Source: Anaerolineae bacterium (lineage in GTDB: Bacteria; Chloroflexota; Anaerolineae; B4-G1; DUEL01). Taken from it: a stretch of 33,676 nucleotides of DNA. Positions within the stretch are counted from its first letter, which is position 1, and each line of letters starts with the position of its first letter. Shown piece by piece: positions 7,580-16,919 of the stretch. A program made the translations under genes and the position numbers. The notes under the pieces were generated by a model. It made no database searches and was not told where the DNA came from. It worked only from the letters and a program-made list of their open reading frames with translations. The DNA lies in the NCBI GenBank assembly GCA_041082215.1, contig JBDOIF010000076.1, forward strand, positions 1-33,676, read 5' to 3'.

Positions 7580-8926
7580 ATGCTCAGGAAGATGTATCCG
7601 TTGATGTGTCTGTTCGTGATCGCCGCGATCGCCCTGGTGGCCTGCAAGCCGTCGCCGACTCCGACGGCAGCCCCCACGGAAGCCCCGACGGAGGCCCCCA
7701 CCGAAGCCCCCACCGAAGCCCCCACCGAAGAGGCCACGCCAGCGGGACCCAGCGGGGATCTGGAGATCTTTAGCTGGTGGACCGCAGGCGGAGAGGCGGA
7801 GGGCCTGGAAGCGATGCTGGCGGTCTTCCAGGAGCAATATCCGAACGTCAACGTGATCAACGCGACGGTCGCCGGAGGCGCTGGGGTGGATGCCCGGGCC
7901 GTCCTCGCCACCCGCATGCAGGGAGGGAATCCGCCGGACTCCTTCCAGGTGCATGCCGGCCACGAGCTGATTGATACCTACGTCGTCGCCGGGCAGATGG
8001 AGCCGGTCACCTTCCTGTACGAGGAGGAAGGCTGGCTGGATGTGTATCCCCCCGACCTGATCGAGATCCTCTCCTACGAGGGGGAAATCTGGTCCGTCCC
8101 GGTGAACATCCACCGCGCCAATGTCCTGTGGTACAATAAGGCGATCTTCGAGCAGTACAACCTCCAGCCCCCGACGACGATGGAGGAGTTCTTCACCGTA
8201 GCCGAGGCGCTCCAGGCGGAGGGGATCACCCCGCTGGCGCTGGGCGAGACCTGGACCGTGGTCCATCTCTTCGAGACGGTGCTCCTGGGAACGCTGGGGC
8301 CGGAGGGGTACGCTGGCCTGTGGACCGGCACGACGGACTGGGCAAGCCCCGAGGTCACCGAGGCGCTGAATAACTTCGACCGCATGCTGAACTACGTCAA
8401 CGAGGACTACGCTGCCCTCTCGTGGGACCAGGCCACCCAGCTGGTGATTGACGGCACCGCCGCCATGAACATTATGGGGGACTGGGCCGAGGGGTACTTC
8501 AAGTCCAAGGGCTGGACCCCTGGCGTTGAGTTCGGGTGGGCCCCCTCGCCGGGCAGCGCTGGCGCGTTCGATGCGCTCTCGGATAGCTTCGGCCTGCCCC
8601 TGAACGCACCCAACCGGGACGCAGCGATCGCCTGGCTCAAGGTCTGCGGCTCCCGCGAAGGGCAGGACGCCTTCAACCCGATCAAGGGCTCCATCCCGGC
8701 CCGCACCGACGGGGATCGCAGCCTGTACGACGACTATCTCCAGTCCGCTATGGACGACTTCGCCAGCAACGCCATCGTCCCCAGCCTGATGCACGGGGCC
8801 GCCGTGGCTCCTAGCTGGCAGCAAGACGTCATTGACGCGGTCAGCCTCTTCATCTCCAACCGGGATGTGGCCGCTTTCCAGCAGGCGCTGGTTGATGCCT
8901 GCACGAGCGCTGGCGTGTGCAAGTAG
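7580..8926 (+). CDS. Carbohydrate ABC transporter substrate-binding lipoprotein (glucose/mannose-binding, GtsA-like)
   Basis: Strong SD AAGGAGGAG; lipobox LVAC; motifs FSWWTAGGE, PPDSFQVHAG, PVNIHRAN, MGDWA, FNPIKGSIPAR are typical of glucose-binding SBP_bac_1 proteins. Confidence 0.93.
   Translation: MLRKMYPLMCLFVIAAIALVACKPSPTPTAAPTEAPTEAPTEAPTEAPTEEATPAGPSGDLEIFSWWTAGGEAEGLEAMLAVFQEQYPNVNVINATVAGGAGVDARAVLATRMQGGNPPDSFQVHAGHELIDTYVVAGQMEPVTFLYEEEGWLDVYPPDLIEILSYEGEIWSVPVNIHRANVLWYNKAIFEQYNLQPPTTMEEFFTVAEALQAEGITPLALGETWTVVHLFETVLLGTLGPEGYAGLWTGTTDWASPEVTEALNNFDRMLNYVNEDYAALSWDQATQLVIDGTAAMNIMGDWAEGYFKSKGWTPGVEFGWAPSPGSAGAFDALSDSFGLPLNAPNRDAAIAWLKVCGSREGQDAFNPIKGSIPARTDGDRSLYDDYLQSAMDDFASNAIVPSLMHGAAVAPSWQQDVIDAVSLFISNRDVAAFQQALVDACTSAGVCK
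7670..7729 (+). repeat. Coding 12-bp tandem repeat (APTE)x5 in the lipoprotein linker
   Basis: gccccnacngar x5; the last three units are identical (gcccccaccgaa). Confidence 0.9.
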
Positions 8927-8935
8927 TCCCTTTCT

Positions 8936-8970
8936 GGCGGGGCGGCCGTCGCTCTGGCGGCCGCCCCGCC
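8936..8970 (+). other. Intercistronic GC-rich stem-loop after the SBP gene (likely mRNA stabiliser/attenuator)
   Basis: GGCGGGGCGGCCG / CGGCCGCCCCGCC perfect 13-bp inverted repeat with no U-tract; this position is typical in sugar ABC operons. Confidence 0.75.
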
Positions 8971-8989
8971 TCACCAGGGCTCTCCTGCG

Positions 8990-9889
8990 ATGCGTGGGCG
9001 TAAGGAATATCTGTTCGCTCTGGCGCTTCTCCTTCCTTCGGCGCTGGCCATTGCCATCTTCGTCTACGGCTTCATCGCCTGGACCGGCCGCGCTTCCCTC
9101 TCCGCCTGGAGAGGGTTGCTGCCCGATTATACCTTTGTGGGGCTTGCAAACTTCACAACTTTGTTCCGCAGCCCCCGGTTCCAGATTGACCTCAGGAACA
9201 CGGCGATCTTCACCAGCCTGTTCCTCGCTGCCTGCCTGAGCTTCGGACTCCTCTTGGCGACTCTGCTCGACCGCCAGCCCCGCGGAGAAGGGCTGTTCCG
9301 CAACATCTACCTCTTCCCGATGGCCATTTCCTTCATCGTGACCGGCGTGGTCTGGCGCTGGCTGCTCAATCCGGCTACATCGCTGGATCGTTTGAGTGGG
9401 ATCAACCTCCTATTTCATAAGGCAGGACTGGACTTCCTGATCTCCAAATGGTATACCCACTCCAGGTTTGGCATCGTGGCCATCGTCCTCCCCGCCGTAT
9501 GGCAGATGTCCGGCTTCACGATGGCGCTCTATCTGGCCGGCCTGCGCAGTATTCCCGAGGAGCTGCGAGAGGCCGCCCGGGTGGATGGCGCCAGCGAGTG
9601 GCAGATCTACCGCCATATCATCCTCCCCATGCTGAGGCCGGTGACCCTGAGCGCTGTGATTATCCTGGGGCATATCTCCCTCAAAATCTTCGACCTGGTT
9701 ATGGCGATCACCCAGGAGGGAGGTGAGGGATACTCAGCCGATGTGCCTGCGCTGAACATGTGGTACACCACTTTCCGCGCCCTGAAGTTCGCACAGGGGG
9801 CGGCCATCGCCATCATCCTCCTCTTAAGCGTGGCCGTGCTGGTGGTCCCCTACCTCATCTATACATTCCGCACGGAGGTCGAACGGTGA
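8990..9889 (+). CDS. Carbohydrate ABC transporter permease 1
   Basis: Six TM helices and EAA motif '[23 protein letters not shown]'. Confidence 0.93.
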   Translation: MRGRKEYLFALALLLPSALAIAIFVYGFIAWTGRASLSAWRGLLPDYTFVGLANFTTLFRSPRFQIDLRNTAIFTSLFLAACLSFGLLLATLLDRQPRGEGLFRNIYLFPMAISFIVTGVVWRWLLNPATSLDRLSGINLLFHKAGLDFLISKWYTHSRFGIVAIVLPAVWQMSGFTMALYLAGLRSIPEELREAARVDGASEWQIYRHIILPMLRPVTLSAVIILGHISLKIFDLVMAITQEGGEGYSADVPALNMWYTTFRALKFAQGAAIAIILLLSVAVLVVPYLIYTFRTEVER

Positions 9890-10704
9890 GGAGGTGGGTT
9901 TCCCGCGCTCTCTTATATCTGGTGCTCATCGTCGCAGCGCTCTTCTATCTGATGCCCGTCTACGTCCTCCTGACGACGAGCTTCAAGAGCTTCCGGGAAG
10001 TCACGCTGGCCACGATGTGGGACCTGCCCTCCGGCTTCTATCTGGACAACTTCTTCGCAGCCTTTGAGAAACTGGCCCCCAACCTTCGTAACAGCCTCTC
10101 CCTCGCCGTCGCCTCTACCCTGCTCTCCTCAGCCCTGGGCTCATTGAACGGCTACGTCCTCTCCAAGTGGAAATTCCGCGGGGCAGATGCGCTGTTCTCG
10201 GCCATGCTATTCGGGATGTTCATCCCCTATCAGAGTATCCTGATCCCGCTGGTCCAGTTTATGCAGACCATCGGCCTCTACGGTCGGCTGTGGGGGCTGG
10301 TGCTCGTCCACGTGGTCTACGGCATCCCCATCACCACGTTGATCTTCCGCAACTACTACGCCACCGTCCCCACAGAGGTGGTAGAGGCAGCCCGGATTGA
10401 CGGCGCCGGCATTCTGGGCATCTACCGCCATGTGATGTTGCCCCTCGCGATCCCCGGCTTCGTCGTCGTGATGATCTGGCAGTTCACCTCCATCTGGAAC
10501 GAGTTCCTCTTCGCCGTCACGCTCACCGGCCCCCGGTACTGGCCGGTCACGGTGGCCCTCCAGAACCTGGCCGGCAGCCAGATCGTGGAATGGAACGTCC
10601 AGATGGCAGGAGCCTTCCTGGCCGCGCTGCCCACCCTGCTGGTCTATATCTTCCTGGGCCGCTTCTTCCTCCGGGGGCTGATGGCCGGTGCCCTGAAAGG
10701 ATAA
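9886..10704 (+). CDS. Carbohydrate ABC transporter permease 2
   Basis: GTG 9886 overlaps the previous stop (GTGA) and has GGAGG upstream; EAA motif '[12 protein letters not shown]'; C-terminus 'GLMAGALKG'. Confidence 0.92.
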   Translation: MRRWVSRALLYLVLIVAALFYLMPVYVLLTTSFKSFREVTLATMWDLPSGFYLDNFFAAFEKLAPNLRNSLSLAVASTLLSSALGSLNGYVLSKWKFRGADALFSAMLFGMFIPYQSILIPLVQFMQTIGLYGRLWGLVLVHVVYGIPITTLIFRNYYATVPTEVVEAARIDGAGILGIYRHVMLPLAIPGFVVVMIWQFTSIWNEFLFAVTLTGPRYWPVTVALQNLAGSQIVEWNVQMAGAFLAALPTLLVYIFLGRFFLRGLMAGALKG

Positions 10705-10710
10705 GAGTTC

Positions 10711-10793
10711 CTGAGAGACACGAAGGGCACAGAGAAGCACAGAGGGGCCTTAGAATCTTCTCTAGAACTCCGTGTTCTCCCTGTCTCCGTGGT
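10711..10793. repeat. CACAGAG-type inverted multi-unit intergenic element, copy B
   Basis: CTGAGAG-a-CACGAAG-gg-CACAGAG-aag-CACAGAG ... CTCCGTG-tt-CTCCCTG-t-CTCCGTG-gt, just after the ABC operon stop. Confidence 0.75.
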
Positions 10794-10825
10794 GAGAATT
10801 CGCTTCAAACAATTCCCCTGTAAAT

Positions 10826-10854
10826 TTGCCCCCTCCCCTCCCCTGAGGTATACT
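10826..10854 (+). promoter_or_regulatory. Possible sigma70 promoter for the HAD operon
   Basis: TTGCCC-17 nt-TATACT, about 28 nt before ATG 10883. Confidence 0.45.
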
Positions 10855-10882
10855 TCTCCTGCCCGCAGGCAGGAGAGAGAGC

Positions 10883-11527
10883 ATGCCCTTCACGCACATC
10901 ATCTTTGATCTGGATGAGACCCTCTACCCCCGAAATGCGGGGCTGATGCAGGAGATCGGCAGGCGGATCCATCTCTGGGTCCAGCAGGCCCTCGGGCTCC
11001 CTCCCGAAGAGGCAGCCACCCTCCGACAGGCCTATCTGGAGCGGTACGGCACTACCCTGGGCGGGCTGCTTGCCGAACACGACGTGGACGCAGAAGCCTA
11101 CCTCCAGTTCGTCCACGACATCCCCCTCGAGCAATATGTCCGCCCCAATCCCGCGCTGGCGGCGATGCTTGCCGCCATCCCCCTCCGCCGCGTTGTCTAT
11201 ACCAACGCCACCTCCGCGCATGCCCGGCGGGTGCTGCAAATACTGGGGGTGGACGGGCTGTTCGAACACGTGGTGGGAATACAGGAGGTGGGGCTGCGCA
11301 ACAAGCCACGTCTGGACGGTTACCAGCGGATGCTGGAATTGATCGGAGCCGAAGGGCCGAGCTGTATCCTGGTGGACGACCGGGTGGTCAACCTCCGACC
11401 CGCCAAATCGCTGGGGATGACAACGGTGCTGGTGGACGCTGCCCTCGAGGAGGGGGTGGACTTCGTGGTGGGGGATGTGCTGGAAGTCGGTCCGCTTGTA
11501 GCTCGTATCCTTGAGGGGGCAAGATGA
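10883..11527 (+). CDS. HAD-superfamily hydrolase, pyrimidine 5'-nucleotidase (SDT1-like)
   Basis: Motif I FDLDETLY, cap YGTTLGGL, motif II YTN, motif III KP, motif IV VDD; SD AGGAG. Confidence 0.88.
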   Translation: MPFTHIIFDLDETLYPRNAGLMQEIGRRIHLWVQQALGLPPEEAATLRQAYLERYGTTLGGLLAEHDVDAEAYLQFVHDIPLEQYVRPNPALAAMLAAIPLRRVVYTNATSAHARRVLQILGVDGLFEHVVGIQEVGLRNKPRLDGYQRMLELIGAEGPSCILVDDRVVNLRPAKSLGMTTVLVDAALEEGVDFVVGDVLEVGPLVARILEGAR

Positions 11528-12315
11528 TGGATAAACGGATGTCGCTGGACGAGGCGGCAGGGCTCCTGAACGATGGGGAGACGCTGGCGCTGGGAGGGAT
11601 GACCCTCTACCGGCGACCCGTCGCCTTCGTGCGAGCACTCCTCCGGCGGGACCCCCCGCCGCGCGGCCTCACGCTCCTGGCCTTCACCGCCAGCTACGAA
11701 TCCGACCTGCTGGTCGGCGCAGGGCTGGTGCGGCGGGTGCGTACCTGCTACTTCGGCCTGGAGGCGTTCGGGCTGGCCCCGATGTTCACCCAGGCCGCCA
11801 CCGCCGGGGAGCTGGAAGTGATGGAAGAAACGGAGGCCAGCCTGGCCTTCGGCCTCCGGGCAAAACTGGCCGGCGTCGGGTTTATGCCCGGACAGGGATG
11901 GCTGGGAACGGACCTCCTTAAAGTGCGGTCGGATGTGCGGACGATCCAGGACCCCTACACGGGCCAGGAAGTGGTCGCCTTCCCCGCCATCGGCTGCGAC
12001 CTGGCAGTGATCCACGCCCTGCAGGCCGACCGGGATGGGAACTGCGTCCTGGGCGGCAACCTGGCGGTGGACGTGGAACTGGCCCTGGTAGCAGAACGGA
12101 CGGTGATCACCGCCGAGGAGGTGGTGGAGCGACTGCCAGGGCCGGTGGACCTCAGCGGGATCGGCGTCACCGGCGTGGTGGAAGCGCCAGGCGGCGCCTG
12201 GCCCACCTCCTGCTACCCCCGCTATCCGGTGGACGGGGGGGAGATCCTGCGCTACAGCGAAGGCTGTCCAGATGGGTTCGAGGAGTACCTGAAAGGGGTG
12301 CTGGATAAGAGATAG
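11524..12315 (+). CDS. Family I CoA-transferase subunit A (glutaconate CoA-transferase A-like)
   Basis: 'MSLDEAAGLLNDGETLALGG...RRPVAFVRAL', 'DLLVGAG', 'AVIHALQADRDGN', 'GAWPTSC'; ATGA coupling to the HAD gene. Confidence 0.88.
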   Translation: MMDKRMSLDEAAGLLNDGETLALGGMTLYRRPVAFVRALLRRDPPPRGLTLLAFTASYESDLLVGAGLVRRVRTCYFGLEAFGLAPMFTQAATAGELEVMEETEASLAFGLRAKLAGVGFMPGQGWLGTDLLKVRSDVRTIQDPYTGQEVVAFPAIGCDLAVIHALQADRDGNCVLGGNLAVDVELALVAERTVITAEEVVERLPGPVDLSGIGVTGVVEAPGGAWPTSCYPRYPVDGGEILRYSEGCPDGFEEYLKGVLDKR

Positions 12316-12328
12316 AGGAGCAGGGGAA

Positions 12329-13492
12329 GTGAAGGCGCGGCTGGATGGGTTGCGGGAGCGGATGGCCAGAGCTGGGGTGGAGGCAGCGGTGCTGGTCCAT
12401 CCGCGGGATGTGCTGTATTACGCCGGAACGGCCCGCCCGGCGACGCTGCTGGTGGGGCCGCGGGAGCCGGTCCTCTTCGTGCGGCGCGGGCTCGAGCTGG
12501 CCCGCCTTGAGGCAACGGTGGAACGGGTCGAGCCGGGGAGCGGCCTGGACCAGGTGGCGGCGGAGCTGGCCTCCCAGGGGGCTACTGGCCGCCTGCTGGG
12601 CGTGGAGATGGATGTGGTGCCAGCCGCTCTCTACCGGCGGATAGCCGAGGCGTTCCCCGGCTGGGAACTGGTGGACTTGAGCGATCTGATCCTGACCCAG
12701 CGGATGGTCAAGGAGCCGGGGGAGGTCGAGGCGATCCGGCAGGCAGGGGCGGTGGCGGATGCAGGACAGGCCGCCCTGGCAGAGGTGTTGAGGCCGGGGA
12801 TAACCGAGCTGGAGCTGGCGGCGGAGGTGGAGGCGGCGATCCGCCGGGCGGGCCACGAGGGCTACCAGCCCCTGCGCTATCCCGGAGCGCGTGGGGGCGG
12901 GGTGCTCCTGATGAGCGGCGAACACCTGACGGTGCGCGGCGGCCACGGCCTGGTGATCACCGGGGCGGGATTGTGCCCCGGCACCCCCTACGGCCCTTCC
13001 CGCCGTCGGGTCCGGCCCGGCGATCTGGTGGTGCTGGACATCGGCTCCACCTGTGGCGGCTACACCGCCGACGAATCCCGTACCTTCGCGGTGGGACAGG
13101 CCACGCCCGCCCAGGAGGCTCTCTTCGAAGTGGCGCTGGCGGTGGAGGAAGCGGTGCTGGACGCGCTGCGCCCCGGCACGCCCGTGGGCGATGTCTACGC
13201 TGTGGCGGAGGAAGTGGCAGCCCGGGGGGCGCCTCCCCACTTCGCCCCCGGCAGCCTGACCCTGCCCGGCTTCGTGGGCCACGGAGTGGGACTGGAGCTG
13301 GATGAACCGCCCGTCCTCTGGACCCGGAACGAGGTCCGCCTGGAGGCCGGGATGACGCTGGCGATAGAGGTGGAGGTCAACGCGCCAGGGGCGGGGATGA
13401 TGGCGAAGATGGAGGATACCGTCGTGGTGGAGGCCAATGGCCCCCGCCTCCTCACCCATGCGCCACGCCGGTTGATCCAGACAGTGTCATAA
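12329..13492 (+). CDS. M24 family (Xaa-Pro aminopeptidase-like) metallopeptidase
   Basis: Creatinase-type N-domain plus metal ligands D (VLDIG), D (TADESRT), H (GHGVG), E (AIEV), E (MEDT). Confidence 0.9.
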   Translation: MKARLDGLRERMARAGVEAAVLVHPRDVLYYAGTARPATLLVGPREPVLFVRRGLELARLEATVERVEPGSGLDQVAAELASQGATGRLLGVEMDVVPAALYRRIAEAFPGWELVDLSDLILTQRMVKEPGEVEAIRQAGAVADAGQAALAEVLRPGITELELAAEVEAAIRRAGHEGYQPLRYPGARGGGVLLMSGEHLTVRGGHGLVITGAGLCPGTPYGPSRRRVRPGDLVVLDIGSTCGGYTADESRTFAVGQATPAQEALFEVALAVEEAVLDALRPGTPVGDVYAVAEEVAARGAPPHFAPGSLTLPGFVGHGVGLELDEPPVLWTRNEVRLEAGMTLAIEVEVNAPGAGMMAKMEDTVVVEANGPRLLTHAPRRLIQTVS

Positions 13493-13518
13493 AAGCACAG
13501 CGGGTCAAGGCCCCCCGC

Positions 13519-14784
13519 TCAGGCCCTTCGCAGCCGCTCCACCGCTTCGAGGAAACGGTCCACCTCCTCGGCGGTGTTGTAGTGGACCAGGCCGACCCGT
13601 ACCAGCCCCCCTTTTTCCTCCAGCCCCAGCCGCCGGGTCAGCCCCAGGGCGTAGAAGTTGCCGTCCCAGACGAAGATCCCCTCCTCGCCCAGCCGCCGGG
13701 CCACCTCCTGGGGAGCGAGCCTGTCCATCGTGAAGGAGACGGTGGGCACTCGCCAGTCGGCCAGGGCCGGATCGGTGATGCCCCAGATTCGGAGGCCCGG
13801 GATGGACTGGAGCCCCCGGATCAGACGCCAGCCCAGCTCTCGCTCGTAGGCCTGGATGGCCGCCATCCCGGCCTTCAGATGGAGACGGCGCCCCTCGAAC
13901 GCGGCGTACCAGCCGACGAACGGCTCGCCGAACCGTTCCCCCACCCCGGCCAGGTACTCCACCGCCGCGGCCAGCCCCGCCAGTCCCTCGTGGTTCTGCG
14001 TGCCGGTCTCAAACCGATCCGGCACCACGTCCGGCGCGGGGCGGACCTTGTCCGGTTGTAGCCGCTCCAGCAGCTCCCGACGGCCCCATAACACCCCCAG
14101 ATGGGGGCCGAAGAACTTATAGGCGGAGCAGACCAGGAAGTCGCAGCCGACGGCCTGGACGTCAATGGGGCCGTGAGGAGCGTAGTGGACCGCGTCTACA
14201 TAGACCCAGGCCCCCACATCGTGGGACCAGCGGGTGATGCGGGCCACGTCGTTGATCGTGCCGACGCCGTTGGAGGCGTACCCCACGGCGACAAGGTGGG
14301 TGCGCTCGTTGAGCAGACCCCGCAGCCCATCCAGGTCAAGCGTGCAGGTTTCGGGGTGGATGTCGGCCCAGCGGACCACCACGCCCCGCTCCGCCAGCCG
14401 CAGCCACGGCGCGACGTTGGCATCGTGGTCCAGCCGGGTGACCACCACCTCGTCCCCCGGGGCCAGCTCCCGCTCCAGCGCCCGACTGAGGTGGAAGGTC
14501 AGGGTGGTCATGTTGGGACCGAAAATCACCTCATCGGGGGAGGGAGCATTGAGGAAGTCGGCGACGGCCTCCCGGGCGCGGGCGATGGTCTCGTCGGTGC
14601 GGCGGCTGGTGAGGAAGGCGCCGTGGACATTGCTGTTGGCCCGCACCAGGTACTCTTCCATCGCCGCGATGACGGCGCGGGGGACCTGTGTGCCGCCCGG
14701 CCCGTCAAAGTAGACATAAGGCCGCCCGGCGGGGTCCGTCTCCGCCAGGGCAGGGAACTCGGCGCGCAGAGAGGAGATATCCAT
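13519..14784 (-). CDS. Cysteine desulfurase-like class V PLP protein (VC1184-type subfamily)
   Basis: YFDGPGGTQVP, LDHDAN, DAVH, SAYKFFGPH (PLP lysine), ETGT. The catalytic Cys region reads WDGNFYA with no Cys. Confidence 0.9.
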   Translation of the reverse strand: MDISSLRAEFPALAETDPAGRPYVYFDGPGGTQVPRAVIAAMEEYLVRANSNVHGAFLTSRRTDETIARAREAVADFLNAPSPDEVIFGPNMTTLTFHLSRALERELAPGDEVVVTRLDHDANVAPWLRLAERGVVVRWADIHPETCTLDLDGLRGLLNERTHLVAVGYASNGVGTINDVARITRWSHDVGAWVYVDAVHYAPHGPIDVQAVGCDFLVCSAYKFFGPHLGVLWGRRELLERLQPDKVRPAPDVVPDRFETGTQNHEGLAGLAAAVEYLAGVGERFGEPFVGWYAAFEGRRLHLKAGMAAIQAYERELGWRLIRGLQSIPGLRIWGITDPALADWRVPTVSFTMDRLAPQEVARRLGEEGIFVWDGNFYALGLTRRLGLEEKGGLVRVGLVHYNTAEEVDRFLEAVERLRRA

Positions 14785-14833
14785 CGGGTTACCTCACCTG
14801 TTCATCAGAGCTGCACTTTTGTGGCAAATGGAA

Positions 14834-14920
14834 AACCACGGAGACACGGAATACACGGAGAAATACAGAGAGCCCCCTGAATTCTCTGTGAAACCCGGTG
14901 TCCTCTGCGTCTCTGTGGTT
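14834..14920. repeat. CACAGAG-type inverted multi-unit intergenic element, copy C (best preserved)
   Basis: aac-CACGGAG-a-CACGGAA-ta-CACGGAG-aaa-TACAGAG ... CTCTGTG-aaa-CCCGGTG-tc-CTCTGCG-t-CTCTGTG-gtt; lies 5 nt downstream of the minus-strand permease stop. Confidence 0.85.
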
Positions 14921-14925
14921 GAAAA

Positions 14926-16170
14926 TTACTCATACCGGAGCGCGTCAATCGGGTTGAGCCGGGAGGCCCGCCAGGCAGGGTAAAGGCCAGAAGTCAGGCC
15001 AACCAGGGCAGAGACAGTCGTTGCCAGCAGGATGGCCTGGGGGGTGACCACGGAACGGAAGTCCTCGATGAGGGAGGAAACCAGCTCCGCCCCTGCTGCA
15101 CCGATTCCCATGCCGATGAACCCCCCGGCCACGGCCAGCGTCACCGCCTCGATGAGGAACTGCCAGAGAATGTCGCGCCGCCGGGCCCCCACCGCCTTGC
15201 GCAGGCCGATCTCCCGCGTCCGCTCCGTTACCGAGACCAGCATAATGTTCATGATCCCGATGCCACCCACCAGGAGGCTGATACCGGCGATCGCTCCGAG
15301 AAAGGCGGTCAACACCGAGGTGATCTGGCCAAAGGTCTGGATCAGATCGGACTGGCTGAGGACGGTGAAGTCATCCTCGTCCTCGAAGGCGATGTCGTGT
15401 TGCTCCCGCAGCACCATACGGATCTGTTCGGCGGCGGCGTCCATTCGGCTCTCGCTCACAGCTTCGGCCAGGATGAAAGAGACGCGGTACTCGCCGCTGG
15501 CGGTGCGGGCAGAGAAAAGGCGGGTCTGGGCAGTTGTCAGAGGGACAAAGACCACATCATCCTGGTCGGTGAAAGTGCCCCCTTTCTCCTCCATCACCCC
15601 GATGACCCGGAAGGGGATGCCATTGATGCGCACCGTCTCGCCGATGGGGTAAGGGGTATCGGGGAAGAGATCCTCCACCACCGTCTGACCCAGCACCGCG
15701 ACGCGGCTCCGCGCCTCCAGGTCCTGCTGGGAGATGAAGGAGCCGACCACCGGCTGCCAGTTACGCACCGGGACGAACTCGGGAGTGACCCCCTGGATCT
15801 GAGTGGTGGTCTCACGCCCCCCTGCCACCACCACTGCTGTTCGGTCCAGCTCCGGAGCCACCCGGGCTACGTCCGGCAGGCGGAAGGGATCGGAGAGCGC
15901 CCGCACGTCCGCCATCGTCAGCGGTCGGGACTGGGAGGACTGGCCGGGAGGACCAGCGTTCTGGTCAATCGAACCGGGGAGGATAAAGAGGAGGTTGGTG
16001 CCGATCCCCTGGAACCGCTCGGTCACGTAGACCTGAACCCCCTGCCCGGCGGCCATCAGGGTGATGACGGCGGCGACGCCGATGACAATGCCGAGCATGG
16101 TGAGGGCAGAGCGCAGCTTGTTGGCCGCCAGCGCCCGCAGGGCGACGCGCATGCTCTCCAGAACATTCAT
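14926..16170 (-). CDS. MacB/FtsX-family ABC permease
   Basis: '[20 protein letters not shown]', '[28 protein letters not shown]', '[18 protein letters not shown]'. Confidence 0.95.
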   Translation of the reverse strand: MNVLESMRVALRALAANKLRSALTMLGIVIGVAAVITLMAAGQGVQVYVTERFQGIGTNLLFILPGSIDQNAGPPGQSSQSRPLTMADVRALSDPFRLPDVARVAPELDRTAVVVAGGRETTTQIQGVTPEFVPVRNWQPVVGSFISQQDLEARSRVAVLGQTVVEDLFPDTPYPIGETVRINGIPFRVIGVMEEKGGTFTDQDDVVFVPLTTAQTRLFSARTASGEYRVSFILAEAVSESRMDAAAEQIRMVLREQHDIAFEDEDDFTVLSQSDLIQTFGQITSVLTAFLGAIAGISLLVGGIGIMNIMLVSVTERTREIGLRKAVGARRRDILWQFLIEAVTLAVAGGFIGMGIGAAGAELVSSLIEDFRSVVTPQAILLATTVSALVGLTSGLYPAWRASRLNPIDALRYE

Positions 16171-16910
16171 TGCTTCGGCTCCTCCTCCTGGTCCTGAGGA
16201 ACCTCTGCCACCAGCGGCTCTTCCACCCGCTCCTCGCCGGTGATGTAGCCGTCGTAGAGATGGATGATGCGGGAGGTATGGCGGGCGATGATGGGGTCGT
16301 GGGTCACCAGAACTACGGTGATCCCCCGTTCCCGGTTGAGCTGCTGGAGGATGGTCATCACCTCCCGGCCAGAGCGGCTGTCCAGGTTGCCGGTAGGCTC
16401 ATCGGCCAGGATGATGGAGGGGCGGTTGACCAGCGCCCGGGCGATGGCGACCCTCTGCTGCTGTCCACCGGAAAGCTCGGTAGGCGAGTGGTGAAGTCGG
16501 TCGGCCAGCCCCACTGCCTCCAGCGCCTCCTTTGCCCGCCGGATCCGCTCCGCCCGCCCGATACCCCCATAGATCAGGGGCAAAGCGACGTTCTCCAGCG
16601 CGGTGGTGCGGGGAAGGAGGTTGAAGGTCTGAAAGACGAAGCCGATCTCCCGGTTGCGGATGGCGGCCAGTCGGTCGTCGCTCAGTTGGCCGACCTCTTC
16701 GCCGTTCAGCCAGTACGTGCCGGACGTGGGCTGATCCAGGCAGCCGATGATGTTCATCAGGGTGGACTTGCCGGAGCCGGAGGGCCCCATGATGGCGATC
16801 ATCTCCCCCGGTTCCACCTGGAGGGAAACGCCGCGCAGGGCGTGGACCTCCACCTCCCCCATCTGATAGACTTTCGTGATATCCTGAATGCGAATGACGG
16901 GCTGGCTCAT
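16167..16910 (-). CDS. ABC ATP-binding protein (MacB/LolD-type)
   Basis: Walker A GPSGSGKS, signature LSGGQQQR, Walker [13 protein letters not shown]-loop VTHD. Confidence 0.96.
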   Translation of the reverse strand: MSQPVIRIQDITKVYQMGEVEVHALRGVSLQVEPGEMIAIMGPSGSGKSTLMNIIGCLDQPTSGTYWLNGEEVGQLSDDRLAAIRNREIGFVFQTFNLLPRTTALENVALPLIYGGIGRAERIRRAKEALEAVGLADRLHHSPTELSGGQQQRVAIARALVNRPSIILADEPTGNLDSRSGREVMTILQQLNRERGITVVLVTHDPIIARHTSRIIHLYDGYITGEERVEEPLVAEVPQDQEEEPKQ

Positions 16911-16919
16911 TTCGACCTC

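Noticed and set aside
7556..8974. 472-aa minus-strand ORF with GGGF repeats
   Set aside because: Antisense of the sugar-binding protein; the repeats mirror the APTE linker.
13493..13518. Bidirectional terminator between the convergent M24 and desulfurase-like genes
   Set aside because: Only a weak 5-bp GCGGG/CCCGC stem; not enough to call.
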